DNA from: Auanema rhodensis
Taxonomy: Eukaryota > Animalia > Nematoda
DNA: 64,000 nt
Assembly: GCA_964057225.1 (NCBI GenBank)
Contig: OZ059898.1
Location: 3,472,001 to 3,536,000 of the forward strand
Direction of reading: 5' to 3'
Made by a program: the position numbers and the translations under genes. The notes beneath the pieces are model-generated. The model ran no database searches. It saw nothing but the letters and a program-made list of their open reading frames with translations, and was not told where the DNA came from. Below, piece by piece: positions 15,001 through 30,000 of this stretch. Each line of letters starts with the position of its first letter. Positions within the stretch are counted from its first letter, which is position 1.

Positions 15001-18000
15001 TCAGATTTGCGCTAACTTAAAAATGCACCGAGACATCAACTGATATAAGTTCACACTTATATCCTCGATTTTCACCCTGAAGAATTAATTTTTTCGTTGA
15101 ATAACATTGTCCATCGTCTTTGCCTTGAAAAAAGGAATCTAAAAACATCTACTTTTTGCTAAATTATTTTGAAATTTTTCGAAAAAATTTTTGTCAAAAT
15201 GTTTTTGGAAGCAATATTGAGTGTACATGGAAACTCAACATACACTAATGCATCATTTTTCAAACGATCATAACTAATTTTTGTATTAAGCGTTTCTCAA
15301 TGTAGTATAGTGCATTCGATGCGGATTTTTAAGCTGCGTCAATCTGTGTTATCAGATTTGCGCTAGCTTAAAAATGCACCGAGATATCAACTGATATAAG
15401 TTCACACTTATATCCTCGATTTTCACCCTGAAGAATTAATTTTTTCGTTGAATAACATTGTCTATCGTCTTTGCCTTGAAAAAAGGAATCTAAAAACATC
15501 TACTTTTTGCTAAATTATTTTGAAATTTTTCGAAAAAATTTTTGTCAAAATGTTTTTGGAAGCAATGTTGAGTGTACATGGAAACTCAACATACACTAGT
15601 GCATCATTTTTCAAACGATCATAACTAATTTTTCTATCAAGCGTTTCTCAATGTAGTATAGTGCATTCGATGCGGATTTTTAAGCTGCGTCAATCTGTGT
15701 TATCAGATTTGCGCTAGCTTAAAAATGCACCGAGATATCAACTGATATAAGTTCACACTTATATCCTCGATTTTCACCCTGAAGAATTAATTTTTTCGTT
15801 GAATAACATTGTCCATCGTCTTTGCCTTGAAAAAAGGAATCTAAAAACATCTACTTTTTGCTAAATTATTTTGAAATTTTTCGAAAAAATTTTTGTCAAA
15901 ATGTTTTTGGAAGCAATATTGAGTGTACATGGAAACTCAACATACACTAATGCATCATTTTTCAAACGATCATAACTAATTTTTGTATCAAGCGTTTCTC
16001 AATGTAGTATAGTGCATTCGATGCGGATTTTTAAGCTGCGTCAATCTGTGTTATCAGATTTGCGCTAGCTTAAAAATGCACCGAGATATCAACTGATATA
16101 AGTTCACACTTATATCCTCGATTTTCACCCTGAAGAATTAATTTTTTCGTTGAATAACATTGTCTATCGTCTTTGCCTTGAAAAAAGGAATCTAAAAACA
16201 TCTACTTTTTGCTAAATTATTTTGAAATTTTTCGAAAAAATTTTTGTCAAAATTTTTTGGAAGCAATGTTGAGTGTACATGGAAACTCAACATACACTAA
16301 TGCATCATTTTTCAAACGATCATAACTAATTTTTGTATCAAGCGTTTTTCAATGTAGTATAGTGCATTCGATGCGGATTTTTAAGCTGCGTCAATCTGTG
16401 TTATCAGATTTGCGCTAACTTAAAAATGCACCGAGATATCAACTGATATAAGTTCACACTTATATCCTCGATTTTCACCCTGAAGAAATAATTTTTTCAA
16501 TGAATAACATTGTCCATCGTCTTTGCCTTGAAAAATGGAATCTAAAAACATCTACTTTTTGCTAAATTATTTTGAAATTTTTCGAAAAAATTTTTGTCAA
16601 AATGTTTTTGGAAGCAATATTGAGTGTACATGGAAACTCAACATACACTAATGCATCATTTTTCAAACGATCATAACTAATTTTTGTATCAAGCGTTTCT
16701 CAATGTAGTATAGTGCATTCGATGCGGATTTTTAAGCTGCGTCAATCTGTGTTATCAGATTTGCGCTAGCTTAAAAATGCACCGAGATATCAACTGATAT
16801 AAGTTCACACTTATATCCTCGATTTTCACCCTGAAGAATTAATTTTTTCGTTGAATAACATTGTCCATCGTCTTTGCCTTGAAAAATGAAATCTAAAAAC
16901 ATCTACTTTTTGCTAAATTATTTTGAAATTTTTCGAAAAAATTTTTGTCAAAATGTTTTTGGAAGCAATATTGAGTGTACATGGAAACTCAACATACACT
17001 AATGCATCATTTTTCAAACGATCATAACTAATTTTTGTATTAAGCGTTTCTCAATGTAGTATAGTGCATACGATGCGGATTTTTAAGCTGCGTCGATCTG
17101 TGTTATCAGATTTGCGCTAGCTTAAAAATGCACCGAGATATCAACTGATATAAGTTCACACTTATATCCTCGATTTTCACCCTGAAGAATTAATTTTTTC
17201 GTTGAATAACATTGTCTATCGTCTTTGCCTTGAAAAATGGAATCTAAAAACATCTACTTTTTGCTAAATTATTTTGAAATTTTTCGAAAAAATTTTTGTC
17301 AAAATGTTTTTGGAAGCAATGTTGAGTGTACATGGAAACTCAACATACACTAATGCATCATTTTTCAAACGATCATAACTAATTTTTGTATCAAGCGTTT
17401 CTCAATGTAGTATAGTGCATTCGATGCGGATTTTTAAGCTGCGTCAATCTGTGTTATCAGATTTGCGCTAGCTTAAAAATGCACCGAGATATCAACTGAT
17501 ATAAGTTCACACTTATATCCTCGATTTTCACCCTGAAGAATTAATTTTTTCGTTGAATAACATTGTCCATCGTCTTTGCCTTGAAAAAAGGAATCTAAAA
17601 ACATCTACTTTTTGCTAAATTATTTTGAAATTTTTCGAAAAAATTTTTGTCAAAATGTTTTTGGAAGCAATATTGAGTGTACATGGAAACTCAACATACA
17701 CTAATGCATCATTTTTCAAACGATCATAACTAATTTTTGTATTAAGCGTTTCTCAATGTAGTATAGTGCATTCGATGCGGATTTTTAAGCTGCGTCAATC
17801 TGTGTTATCAGATTTGCGCTAGCTTAAAAATGCACCGAGATATCAACTGATATAAGTTCACACTTATATCCTCGATTTTCACCCTGAAGAATTAATTTTT
17901 TCGTTGAATAACATTGTCTATCGTCTTTGCCTTGAAAAATGGAATCTAAAAACATCTACTTTTTGCTAAATTATTTTGAAATTTTTCGAAAAAATTTTTG

Positions 18001-21000
18001 TCAAAATGTTTTTGGAAGCAATGTTGAGTGTACATGGAAACTCAACATACACTAATGCATCATTTTTCAAACGATCATAACTAATTTTTGTATCAAGCGT
18101 TTCTCAATGTAGTATAGTGCATTCGATGCGGATTTTTAAGCTGCGTCAATCTGTGTTATCAGATTTGCGCTAGCTTAAAAATGCACCGAGATATCAACTG
18201 ATATAAGTTCACACTTATATCCTCGATTTTCACCCTGAAGAATTAATTTTTTCGTTGAATAACATTGTCCATCGTCTTTGCCTTGAAAAAAGGAATCTAA
18301 AAACATCTACTTTTTGCTAAATTATTTTGAAATTTTTCGAAAAAATTTTTGTCAAAATGTTTTTGGAAGCAATATTGAGTGTACATGGAAACTCAACATA
18401 CACTAATGCATCATTTTTCAAACGATCATAACTAATTTTTGTATCAAGCGTTTCTCAATGTAGTATAGTGCATTCGATGCGGATTTTTAAGCTGCGTCAA
18501 TCTGTGTTATCAGATTTGCGCTAGCTTAAAAATGCACCGAGATATCCACTGATATAAGTTCACACTTATATCCTCGATTTTCACCCTGAAGAATTAATTT
18601 TTTTGTTGAATAACATTGTCTATCGTCTTTGCCTTGAAAAATGGAATCTAAAAACATCTACTTTTTGCTAAATTATTTTGAAATTTTTCGAAAAAATTTT
18701 TGTCAAAATGTTTTTGGAAGCAATGTTGAGTGTACATGGAAACTCAACATACACTAATGCATCATTTTTCAAACGATCATAACTAATTTTTGTATCAAGC
18801 GTTTCTCAATGTAGTATAGTGCATTCGATGCGGATTTGTAAGCTGCGTCGATCTGTGTTATCAGATTTGCGCTAACTTAAAAATGCACCGAGACATCAAC
18901 TGATATAAGTTCACACTTATATCCTCGATTTTCACCCTGAAGAATTAATTTTTTCGTTGAATAACATTGTCCATCGTCTTTGCCTTGAAAAAAGGAATCT
19001 AAAAACATCTACTTTTTGCTAAATTATTTTGAAATTTTTCGAAAAAATTTTTGTCAAAATGTTTTTGGAAGCAATATTGAGTGTACATGGAAACTCAACA
19101 TACACTAATGCATCATTTTTCAAACGATCATAACTAATTTTTGTATTAAGCGTTTCTCAATGTAGTATAGTGCATTCGATGCGGATTTTTAAGCTGCGTC
19201 AATCTGTGTTATCAGATTTGCGCTAGCTTAAAAATGCACCGAGATATCAACTGATATAAGTTCACACTTATATCCTCGATTTTCACCCTGAAGAATTAAT
19301 TTTTTCGTTGAATAACATTGTCTATCGTCTTTGCCTTGAAAAAAGGAATCTAAAAACATCTACTTTTTGCTAAATTATTTTGAAATTTTTCGAAAAAATT
19401 TTTGTCAAAATGTTTTTGGAAGCAATGTTGAGTGTACATGGAAACTCAACATACACTAATGCATCATTTTTCAAACGATCATAACTAATTTTTGTATCAA
19501 GCGTTTCTCAATGTAGTATAGTGCATTCGATGCGGATTTTTAAGCTGCGTCGATCTGTGTTATCAGATTTGCGCTAGCTTAAAAATGCACCGAGATATCA
19601 ACTGATATAAGTTCACACTTATATCCTCGATTTTCACCCTGAAGAATTATTTTTTTCGTTGAATAACATTGTCCATCGTCCTTGCCTTGAAAAATGAAAT
19701 CTAAAAACATCTACTTTTTGCTAAATTATTTTGAAATTTTTCGAAAAAATTTTTGTCAAAATGTTTTTGGAAGCAATGTTGAGTGTACATGGAAACTCAA
19801 CATACACTAATGCATCATTTTTCAAACGATCATAACTAATTTTTGTATCAAGCGTTTCTCAATGTAGTATAGTGCATTCGATGCGGATTTTTAAGCTGCG
19901 TCGATATGTGTTATCAGATTTGCGCTAGCTTAAAAATGCACCGAGATATCAACTGATATAAGTTCACACTTATATCCTCGATTTTCACCCTGAAGAATTA
20001 ATTTTTTCGTTGAATAACATTGTCCATCGTCTTTGCCTTGAAAAACGGAATCTAAAAACATCTACTTTTGCTAAATTATTTTGAAATTTTTCGAAAAAAT
20101 TTTTGTCAAAATGTTTTTTTTCGAAAAAATTTTTGTCAAAATGTTTTTGGAAGCAATATTGAGTGTACATGGAAACTCAACATACACTAATGCATCATTT
20201 TTCAAACGATCATAACTAATTTTTGTATCAAGCGTTTCTCAATGTAGTATAGTGCATTCGATGCGGATTTTTAAGCTGCGTCAATCTGTGTTATCAGATT
20301 TGCGCTAGCTTAAAAATGCATCGAGATATCAACTGATATAAGTTCACACTTATATCCTCGATTTTCACCCTGAAGAATTAATTTTTTCGTTGAATAACAT
20401 TGTCTATCGTCTTTGCCTTGAAAAAAGGAATCTAAAAACATCTACTTTTTGCTAAATTATTTTGAAATTTTTCGAAAAAATTTTTGTCAAAATGTTTTTG
20501 GAAGCAATATTGAGTGTACATGGAAACTCAACATACACTAATGCATCATTTTTCAAACGATCATAACTAATTTTTGTATTAAGCGTTTCTCAATGTAGTA
20601 TAGTGCATTCGATGCGGATTTTTAAGCTGCGTCAATCTGTGTTATCAGATTTGCGCTAGCTTAAAAATGCACCGAGATATCAACTGATATAAGTTCACAC
20701 TTATATCCTCGATTTTCACCCTGAAGAATTAATTTTTTCGTTGAATAACATTGTCTATCGTCTTTGCCTTGAAAAAAGGAATCTAAAAACATCTACTTTT
20801 TGCTAAATTATTTTGAAATTTTTCGAAAAAATTTTTGTCAAAATGTTTTTGGAAGCAATGTTGAGTGTACATGGAAACTCAACATACACTAATGCATCAT
20901 TTTTCAAACGATCATAACTAATTTTTGTATCAAGCGTTTCTCAATGTAGTATAGTGCATTCGATGCGGATTTTTAAGCTGCGTCGATCTGTGTTATCAGA

Positions 21001-24000
21001 TTTGCGCTAGCTTAAAAATGCACCGAGATATCAACTGATATAAGTTCACACTTATATCCTCGATTTTCACCCTGAAGAATTATTTTTTTCGTTGAATAAC
21101 ATTGTCCATCGTCCTTGCCTTGAAAAATGAAATCTAAAAACATCTACTTTTTGCTAAATTATTTTGAAATTTTTCGAAAAAATTTTTGTCAAAATGTTTT
21201 TGGAAGCAATGTTGAGTGTACATGGAAACTCAACATACACTAATGCATCATTTTTCAAACGATCATAACTAATTTTTGTATCAAGCGTTTCTCAATGTAG
21301 TATAGTGCATTCGATGCGGATTTTTAAGCTGCGTCGATATGTGTTATCAGATTTGCGCTAGCTTAAAAATGCACCGAGATATCAACTGATATAAGTTCAC
21401 ACTTATATCCTCGATTTTCACCCTGAAGAATTAATTTTTTCGTTGAATAACATTGTCCATCGTCTTTGCCTTGAAAAACGGAATCTAAAAACATCTACTT
21501 TTGCTAAATTATTTTGAAATTTTTCGAAAAAATTTTTGTCAAAATGTTTTTTTTCGAAAAAATTTTTGTCAAAATGTTTTTGGAAGCAATATTGAGTGTA
21601 CATGGAAACTCAACATACACTAATGCATCATTTTTCAAACGATCATAACTAATTTTTGTATCAAGCGTTTCTCAATGTAGTATAGTGCATTCGATGCGGA
21701 TTTTTAAGCTGCGTCAATCTGTGTTATCAGATTTGCGCTAGCTTAAAAATGCATCGAGATATCAACTGATATAAGTTCACACTTATATCCTCGATTTTCA
21801 CCCTGAAGAATTAATTTTTTCGTTGAATAACATTGTCTATCGTCTTTGCCTTGAAAAAAGGAATCTAAAAACATCTACTTTTTGCTAAATTATTTTGAAA
21901 TTTTTCGAAAAAATTTTTGTCAAAATGTTTTTGGAAGCAATGTTGAGTGTACATGGAAACTCAACATACACTAATGCATCATTTTTCAAACGATCATAAC
22001 TAATTTTTGTATCAAGCGTTTCTCAATGTAGTATAGTGCATTCGATGCGGATTTTTAAGCTGCGTCGATCTGTGTTATCAGATTTGCGCTAGCTTAAAAA
22101 TGCACCGAGATATCAACTGATATAAGTTCACACTTATATCCTCGATTTTCACCCTGAAGAATTAATTTTTTCGTTGAATAACATTGTCCATCGTCTTTGC
22201 CTTGAAAAATGGAATCTAAAAACATCTACTTTTTGCTAAATTATTTTGAAATTTTTCGAAAAAATTTTTGTCAAAATGTTTTTGGAAGTAATGTTGAGTG
22301 TACATGGAAACTCAACATACACTAATGCATCATTTTTCAAACGATCATAACTAATTTTTGTATCGAGCGTTTCTCAATGTAGTATAGTGCATTCGATGCG
22401 GATTTTTAAGCTGCGTCAATCTGTGTTATCAGATTTGCGCTAGCTTAAAAATGCACCGAGATATCAACTGATATAAGTTCACACTTATATCCTCGATTTT
22501 CACCCTGAAGAATTAATTTTTTCGTTGAATAACATTGTCCATCGTCTTTGCCTTGAAAAAAGGAATCTAAAAACATCTACTTTTTGCTAAATTATTTTGA
22601 AATTTTTCGAAAAAATTTTTGTCAAAATGTTTTTGGAAGCAATGTTGAGTGTACATGGAAACTCAACATACACTAATGCATCATTTTTCAAACAATCATA
22701 ACTAATTTTTGTATCAAGCGTTTCTCAATGTAGTATAGTGCATTCGATGCGGATTTTTAAGCTGCGTCGATCTGTGTTATCAGATTTGCGCTAGCTTAAA
22801 AATGCACCGAGATATCAACTGATATAAGTTCACACTTATATCCTCGATTTTCACCCTGAAGAATTAATTTTTTCGTTGAATAACATTGTCCATCGTCTTT
22901 GCCTTGAAAAATGGAATCTAAAAACATCTACTTTTTGCTAAATTATTTTGAAATTTTTCGAAAAAATTTTTGTCAAAATGTTTTTGGAAGTAATGTTGAG
23001 TGTACATGGAAACTCAACATACACTAATGCATCATTTTTCAAACGATCATAACTAATTTTTGTATCGAGCGTTTCTCAATGTAGTATAGTGCATTCGATG
23101 CGGATTTTTAAGCTGCGTCAATCTGTGTTATCAGATTTGCGATAGCTTAAAAATGCACCGAGATATCAACTGATATAAGTTCACACTTATATCCTCGATT
23201 TTCACCCTGAAGAATTAATTTTTTCGTTGAATAACATTGTCCATCGTCTTTGCCTTGAAAAAAGGAATCTAAAAACATCTACTTTTTGCTAAATTATTTT
23301 GAAATTTTTCGAAAAAATTTTTGTCAAAATGTTTTTGGAAGCAATGTTGAGTGTACATGGAAACTCAACATACACTAATGCATCATTTTTCAAACAATCA
23401 TAACTAATTTTTGTATCAAGCGTTTCTCAATGTAGTATAGTGCATTCGATGCGGATTTTTAAGCTGCGTCGATCTGTGTTATCAGATTTGCGCTAGCTTA
23501 AAAATGCACCGAGATATCAACTGATATAAGTTCACACTTATATCCTCGATTTTCACCCTGAAGAATTAATTTTTTCGTTGAATAACATTGTCCATCGTCT
23601 TTGCCTTGAAAAATGGAATCTAAAAACATCTACTTTTTGCTAAATTATTTTGAAATTTTTCGAAAAAATTTTTGTCAAAATGTTTTTGGAAGTAATGTTG
23701 AGTGTACATGGAAACTCAACATACACTAATGCATCATTTTTCAAACGATCATAACTAATTTTTGTATCGAGCGTTTCTCAATGTAGTATAGTGCATTCGA
23801 TGCGGATTTTTAAGCTGCGTCAATCTGTGTTATCAGATTTGCGCTAGCTTAAAAATGCACCGAGATATCAACTGATATAAGTTCACACTTATATCCTCGA
23901 TTTTCACCCTGAAGAATTAATTTTTTCGTTGAATAACATTGTCCATCGTCTTTGCCTTGAAAAAAGGAATCTAAAAACATCTACTTTTTGCTAAATTATT

Positions 24001-27000
24001 TTGAAATTTTTCGAAAAAATTTTTGTCAAAATGTTTTTGGAAGCAATGTTGAGTGTACATGGAAACTCAACATACACTAATGCATCATTTTTCAAACGAT
24101 CATAACTAATTTTTGTATCAAGCGTTTCTCAATGTAGTATAGTGCATTCGATGCGGATTTGTAAGCTGCGTCGATCTGTGTTATCAGATTTGCGCTAACT
24201 TAAAAATGCACCGAGACATCAACTGATATAAGTTCACACTTATATCCTCGATTTTCACCCTGAAGAATTAATTTTTTCGTTGAATAACATTGTCCATCGT
24301 CTTTGCCTTGAAAAAAGGAATCTAAAAACATCTACTTTTTGCTAAATTATTTTGAAATTTTTCGAAAAAATTTTTGTCAAAATGTTTTTGGAAGCAATAT
24401 TGAGTGTACATGGAAACTCAACATACACTAATGCATCATTTTTCAAACGATCATAACTAATTTTTGTATTAAGCGTTTCTCAATGTAGTATAGTGCATTC
24501 GATGCGGATTTTTAAGCTGCGTCAATCTGTGTTATCAGATTTGCGCTAGCTTAAAAATGCATCGAGATATCAACTGATATAAGTTCACACTTATATCCTC
24601 GATTTTCACCCTGAAGAATTAATTTTTTCGTTGAATAACATTGTCTATCGTCTTTGCCTTGAAAAAAGGAATCTAAAAACATCTACTTTTTGCTAAATTA
24701 TTTTGAAATTTTTCGAAAAAATTTTTGTCAAAATGTTTTTGGAAGCAATGTTGAGTGTACATGGAAACTCAACATACACTAATGCATCATTTTTCAAACG
24801 ATCATAACTAATTTTTGTATCAAGCGTTTCTCAATGTAGTATAGTGCATTCGATGCGGATTTTTAAGCTGCGTCGATCTGTGTTATCAGATTTGCGCTAG
24901 CTTAAAAATGCACCGAGATATCAACTGATATAAGTTCACACTTATATCCTCGATTTTCACCCTGAAGAATTAATTTTTTCGTTGAATAACATTGTCCATC
25001 GTCTTTGCCTTGAAAAATGGAATCTAAAAACATCTACTTTTTGCTAAATTATTTTGAAATTTTTCGAAAAAATTTTTGTCAAAATGTTTTTGGAAGTAAT
25101 GTTGAGTGTACATGGAAACTCAACATACACTAATGCATCATTTTTCAAACGATCATAACTAATTTTTGTATCGAGCGTTTCTCAATGTAGTATAGTGCAT
25201 TCGATGCGGATTTTTAAGCTGCGTCAATCTGTGTTATCAGATTTGCGCTAGCTTAAAAATGCACCGAGATATCAACTGATATAAGTTCACACTTATATCC
25301 TCGATTTTCACCCTGAAGAATTAATTTTTTCGTTGAATAACATTGTCCATCGTCTTTGCCTTGAAAAAAGGAATCTAAAAACATCTACTTTTTGCTAAAT
25401 TATTTTGAAATTTTTCGAAAAAATTTTTGTCAAAATGTTTTTGGAAGCAATGTTGAGTGTACATGGAAACTCAACATACACTAATGCATCATTTTTCAAA
25501 CAATCATAACTAATTTTTGTATCAAGCGTTTCTCAATGTAGTATAGTGCATTCGATGCGGATTTTTAAGCTGCGTCAATCTGTGTTATCAGATTTGCGCT
25601 AGCTTAAAAATGCATCGAGATATCAACTGATATAAGTACACACTTATATCCTCGATTTTCACCCTGAAGAATTAATTTTTTCGTTGAATAACATTGTCCA
25701 TCGTCTTTGCCTTGAAAAATGGAATCTAAAAACATCTACTTTTTGCTAAATTATTTTGAAATTTTTCGAAAAAATTTTTGTCAAAATGTTTTTGGAAGTA
25801 ATGTTGAGTGTACATGGAAACTCAACATACACTAATGCATCATTTTTCAAACGATCATAACTAATTTTTGTATCGAGCGTTTCTCAATGTAGTATAGTGC
25901 ATTCGATGCGGATTTTTAAGCTGCGTCAATCTGTGTTATCAGATTTGCGCTAGCTTAAAAATGCACCGAGATATCAACTGATATAAGTTCACACTTATAT
26001 CCTCGATTTTCACCCTGAAGAATTAATTTTTTCGTTGAATAACATTGTCCATCGTCTTTGCCTTGAAAAAAGGAATCTAAAAACATCTACTTTTTGCTAA
26101 ATTATTTTGAAATTTTTCGAAAAAATTTTTGTCAAAATGTTTTTGGAAGCAATGTTGAGTGTACATGGAAACTCAACATACACTAATGCATCATTTTTCA
26201 AACAATCATAACTAATTTTTGTATCAAGCGTTTCTCAATGTAGTATAGTGCATTCGATGCGGATTTTTAAGCTGCGTCGATCTGTGTTATCAGATTTGCG
26301 CTAGCTTAAAAATGCACCGAGATATCAACTGATATAAGTTCACACTTATATCCTCGATTTTCACCCTGAAGAATTAATTTTTTCGTTGAATAACATTGTC
26401 CATCGTCTTTGCCTTGAAAAAAGGAATCTAAAAACATCTACTTTTTGCTAAATTATTTTGAAATTTTTCGAAAAAATTTTTGTCAAAATGTTTTTGGAAG
26501 CAATGTTGAGTGTACATGGAAACTCAACATACACTAATGCATCATTTTTCAAACAATCATAACTAATTTTTGTATCAAGCGTTTCTCAATGTAGTATAGT
26601 GCATTCGATGCGGATTTTAAGCTGCGTCGATCTGTGTTATCAGATTTGCGCTAGCTTAAAAATGCACCGAGATATCAACTGATATAAGTTCACACTTATA
26701 TCCTCGATTTTCACCCTGAAGAATTAATTTTTTCGTTGAATAACATTGTCCATCGTCTTTGCCTTGAAAAACGGAATCTAAAAACATCTACTTTTGCTAA
26801 ATTATTTTGAAATTTTTCGAAAAAATTTTTGTCAAAATGTTTTTTTTCGAAAAAGTTTTTGTCAAAATGTTTTTGGAAGCAATATTGAGTGTACATGGAA
26901 ACTCAACATACACTAATGCATCATTTTTCAAACGATCATAACTAATTTTTGTATCAAGCGTTTCTCAATGTAGTATAGTGCATTCGATGCGGATTTTTAA

Positions 27001-30000
27001 GCTGCGTCAATCTGTGTTATCAGATTTGCGCTAGCTTAAAAATGCATCGAGATATCAACTGATATAAGTTCACACTTATATCCTCGATTTTCACCCTGAA
27101 GAATTAATTTTTTCGTTGAATAACATTGTCTATCGTCTTTGCCTTGAAAAAAGGAATCTAAAAACATCTACTTTTTGCTAAATTATTTTGAAATTTTTCG
27201 AAAAAATTTTTGTCAAAATGTTTTTGGAAGCAATGTTGAGTGTACATGGAAACTCAACATACACTAATGCATCATTTTTCAAACGATCATAACTAATTTT
27301 TGTATCAAGCGTTTCTCAATGTAGTATAGTGCATTCGATGCGGATTTTTAAGCTGCGTCGATCTGTGTTATCAGATTTGCGCTAGCTTAAAAATGCACCG
27401 AGATATCAACTGATATAAGTTCACACTTATATCCTCGATTTTCACCCTGAAGAATTAATTTTTTCGTTGAATAACATTGTCCATCGTCTTTGCCTTGAAA
27501 AAAGGAATCTAAAAACATCTACTTTTTGCTAAATTATTTTGAAATTTTTCGAAAAAATTTTTGTCAAAATGTTTTTGGAAGCAATGTTGAGTGTACATGG
27601 AAACTCAACATACACTAATGCATCATTTTTCAAACAATCATAACTAATTTTTGTATCAAGCGTTTCTCAATGTAGTATAGTGCATTCGATGCGGATTTTT
27701 AAGCTGCGTCGATCTGTGTTATCAGATTTGCGCTAGCTTAAAAATGCACCGAGATATCAACTGATATAAGTTCACACTTATATCCTCGATTTTCACCCTG
27801 AAGAATTAATTTTTTCGTTGAATAACATTGTCCATCGTCTTTGCCTTGAAAAACGGAATCTAAAAACATCTACTTTTGCTAAATTATTTTGAAATTTTTC
27901 GAAAAAATTTTTGTCAAAATGTTTTTGGAAGCAATGTTGAGTGTACATGGAAACTCAACATACACTAATGCATCATTTTTCAAACGATCATAACTAATTT
28001 TTGTATTGAGCGTTTCTCAATGTAGTATAGTGCATTCGATGCGGATTTTTAAGCTGCGTCGATCTGTGTTATCAGATTTGCGCTAGCTTAAAAATGCACC
28101 GAGATATCAACTGATATAAGTTCACACTTATATCCTCGATTTTCACCCTGAAGAATTAATTTTTTCGTTGAATAACATTGTCCATCGTCTTTGCCTTGAA
28201 AAACGGAATCTAAAAACATCTACTTTTGCTAAATTATTTTGAAATTTTTCGAAAAAATTTTTGTCAAAATGTTTTTGGAAGCAATGTTGAGTGTACATGG
28301 AAACTCAACATACACTAATGCATCATTTTTCAAACGATCATAACTAATTTTTGTATTGAGCGTTTCTTAATGTAGTATAGTGCATTCGATCCGGATTTTT
28401 AAGCTGCGTCGATCTGTGTTATCCGATTTGCGCTAGCTTAAAAATGCACCGAGATATCAACTGATATAAGTTCACACTTATATCCTCGATTTTCACCCTG
28501 AAGAATTAATTTTTTCGTTGAATAACATTGTCCATCGTCTTTGCCTTGAAAAATGGAATCTAAAAACATCTTGTTTTTGCTAAATTATTTTGAAATTTTT
28601 CGAAAAAACTTTTGTCAAAATGTTTTTGGAAGCAATGTTGAGTGTACATGGAAACTCAACATACACTAATGCATCATTTTTCAAACGATCATAACTAATT
28701 TTTGTATCGAGCGTTTCTCAATGTAGTTTAGTGCATTCGATGCGGATTTTTGAGCTGCGTCGATCTGTGTTATCAGATTTGCGCTAACTTAAAAATGCAC
28801 CGAGATATCAACTGATATAAGTTCACACTTATATCCTCGATTTTCACCCTGAAGAATTAATTTCTTCGTTGAATAACATTGTCCATCGTCTTTGCCTTGA
28901 GAAATGGAATCTAAAAACATCTACTTTTTGCTAAATTATTTTGAAATTTTTCGAAAAAATTTTTGTCAAAATGTTTTTGGAAGCAATGTTGAGTGTACAT
29001 GGAAACTCAACATACACTAATGCATCATTTTTCAAACGATCATAACTAATTTTTGTATTAAGCGTTTCTCAATGAAGTATAGTGCATTCGATGCGGATTT
29101 TTAAGCTGCGTCGATCTGTGTTATCAGATTTGCGCTAGCTTAAAAATGCACCGAGATATCAACTGATATAAGTTCACACTTATATCCTCGATTTTCACCC
29201 TGAAGAATTAATTTTTTCGTTGAATAACATTGTCCATCGTCTTTGCCTTGAAAAATGAAATCTAAAAACATCTACATTTTGCTAAATTATTTTGAAATTT
29301 TTCGAAAAAATTTTTGTCAAAATGTTTTTGGAAGCAATGTTGAGTGTACATGGAAACTCAACATACACTAATGCATCATTTTTCAAACGATCATAACTAA
29401 TTTTTGTATTGAGCGTTTCTCAATGTAGTATAGTGCATTCGATCCGGATTTTTAAGCTGCGTCGATCTGTGTTATCAGATTTGCGCTAGCTTAAAAATGC
29501 ACCGAGATATCAACTGATATAAGTTCACACTTATATCCTCGATTTTCACCCTGAAGAATTAATTTTTTCGTTGAATAACATTGTCCATCGTCTTTGCCTT
29601 GAAAAAAGGAATCTAAAAACATCTACTTTTTGCTAAATTATTTTGAAATTTTTCGAAAAAATTTTTGTCAAAATGTTTTTGGAAGCAATGTTGAGTGTAC
29701 ATGGAAACTCAACATACACTAATGCATCATTTTTCAAACGATCATAACTAATTTTTGTATTAAGCGTTTCTCAATGAAGTATAGTGCATTCGATGCGGAT
29801 TTTTAAGCTGCGTCGATCTGTGTTATCAGATTTGCGCTAGCTTAAAAATGCACCGAGATATCAACTGATATAAGTTCACACTTATATCCTCGATTTTCAC
29901 CCTGAAGAATTAATTTTTTCGTTGAATAACATTGTCCATCGTCTTTGCCTTGAAAAATGAAATCTAAAAACATCTACGTTTTGCTAAATTATTTTGAAAT

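Noticed and set aside
3147-26896. 61-65-aa ORFs within the left satellite arm
   Set aside because: They are open only where single substitutions or indels remove stops in a few monomers; most monomers are closed in these frames and there are no protein motifs.
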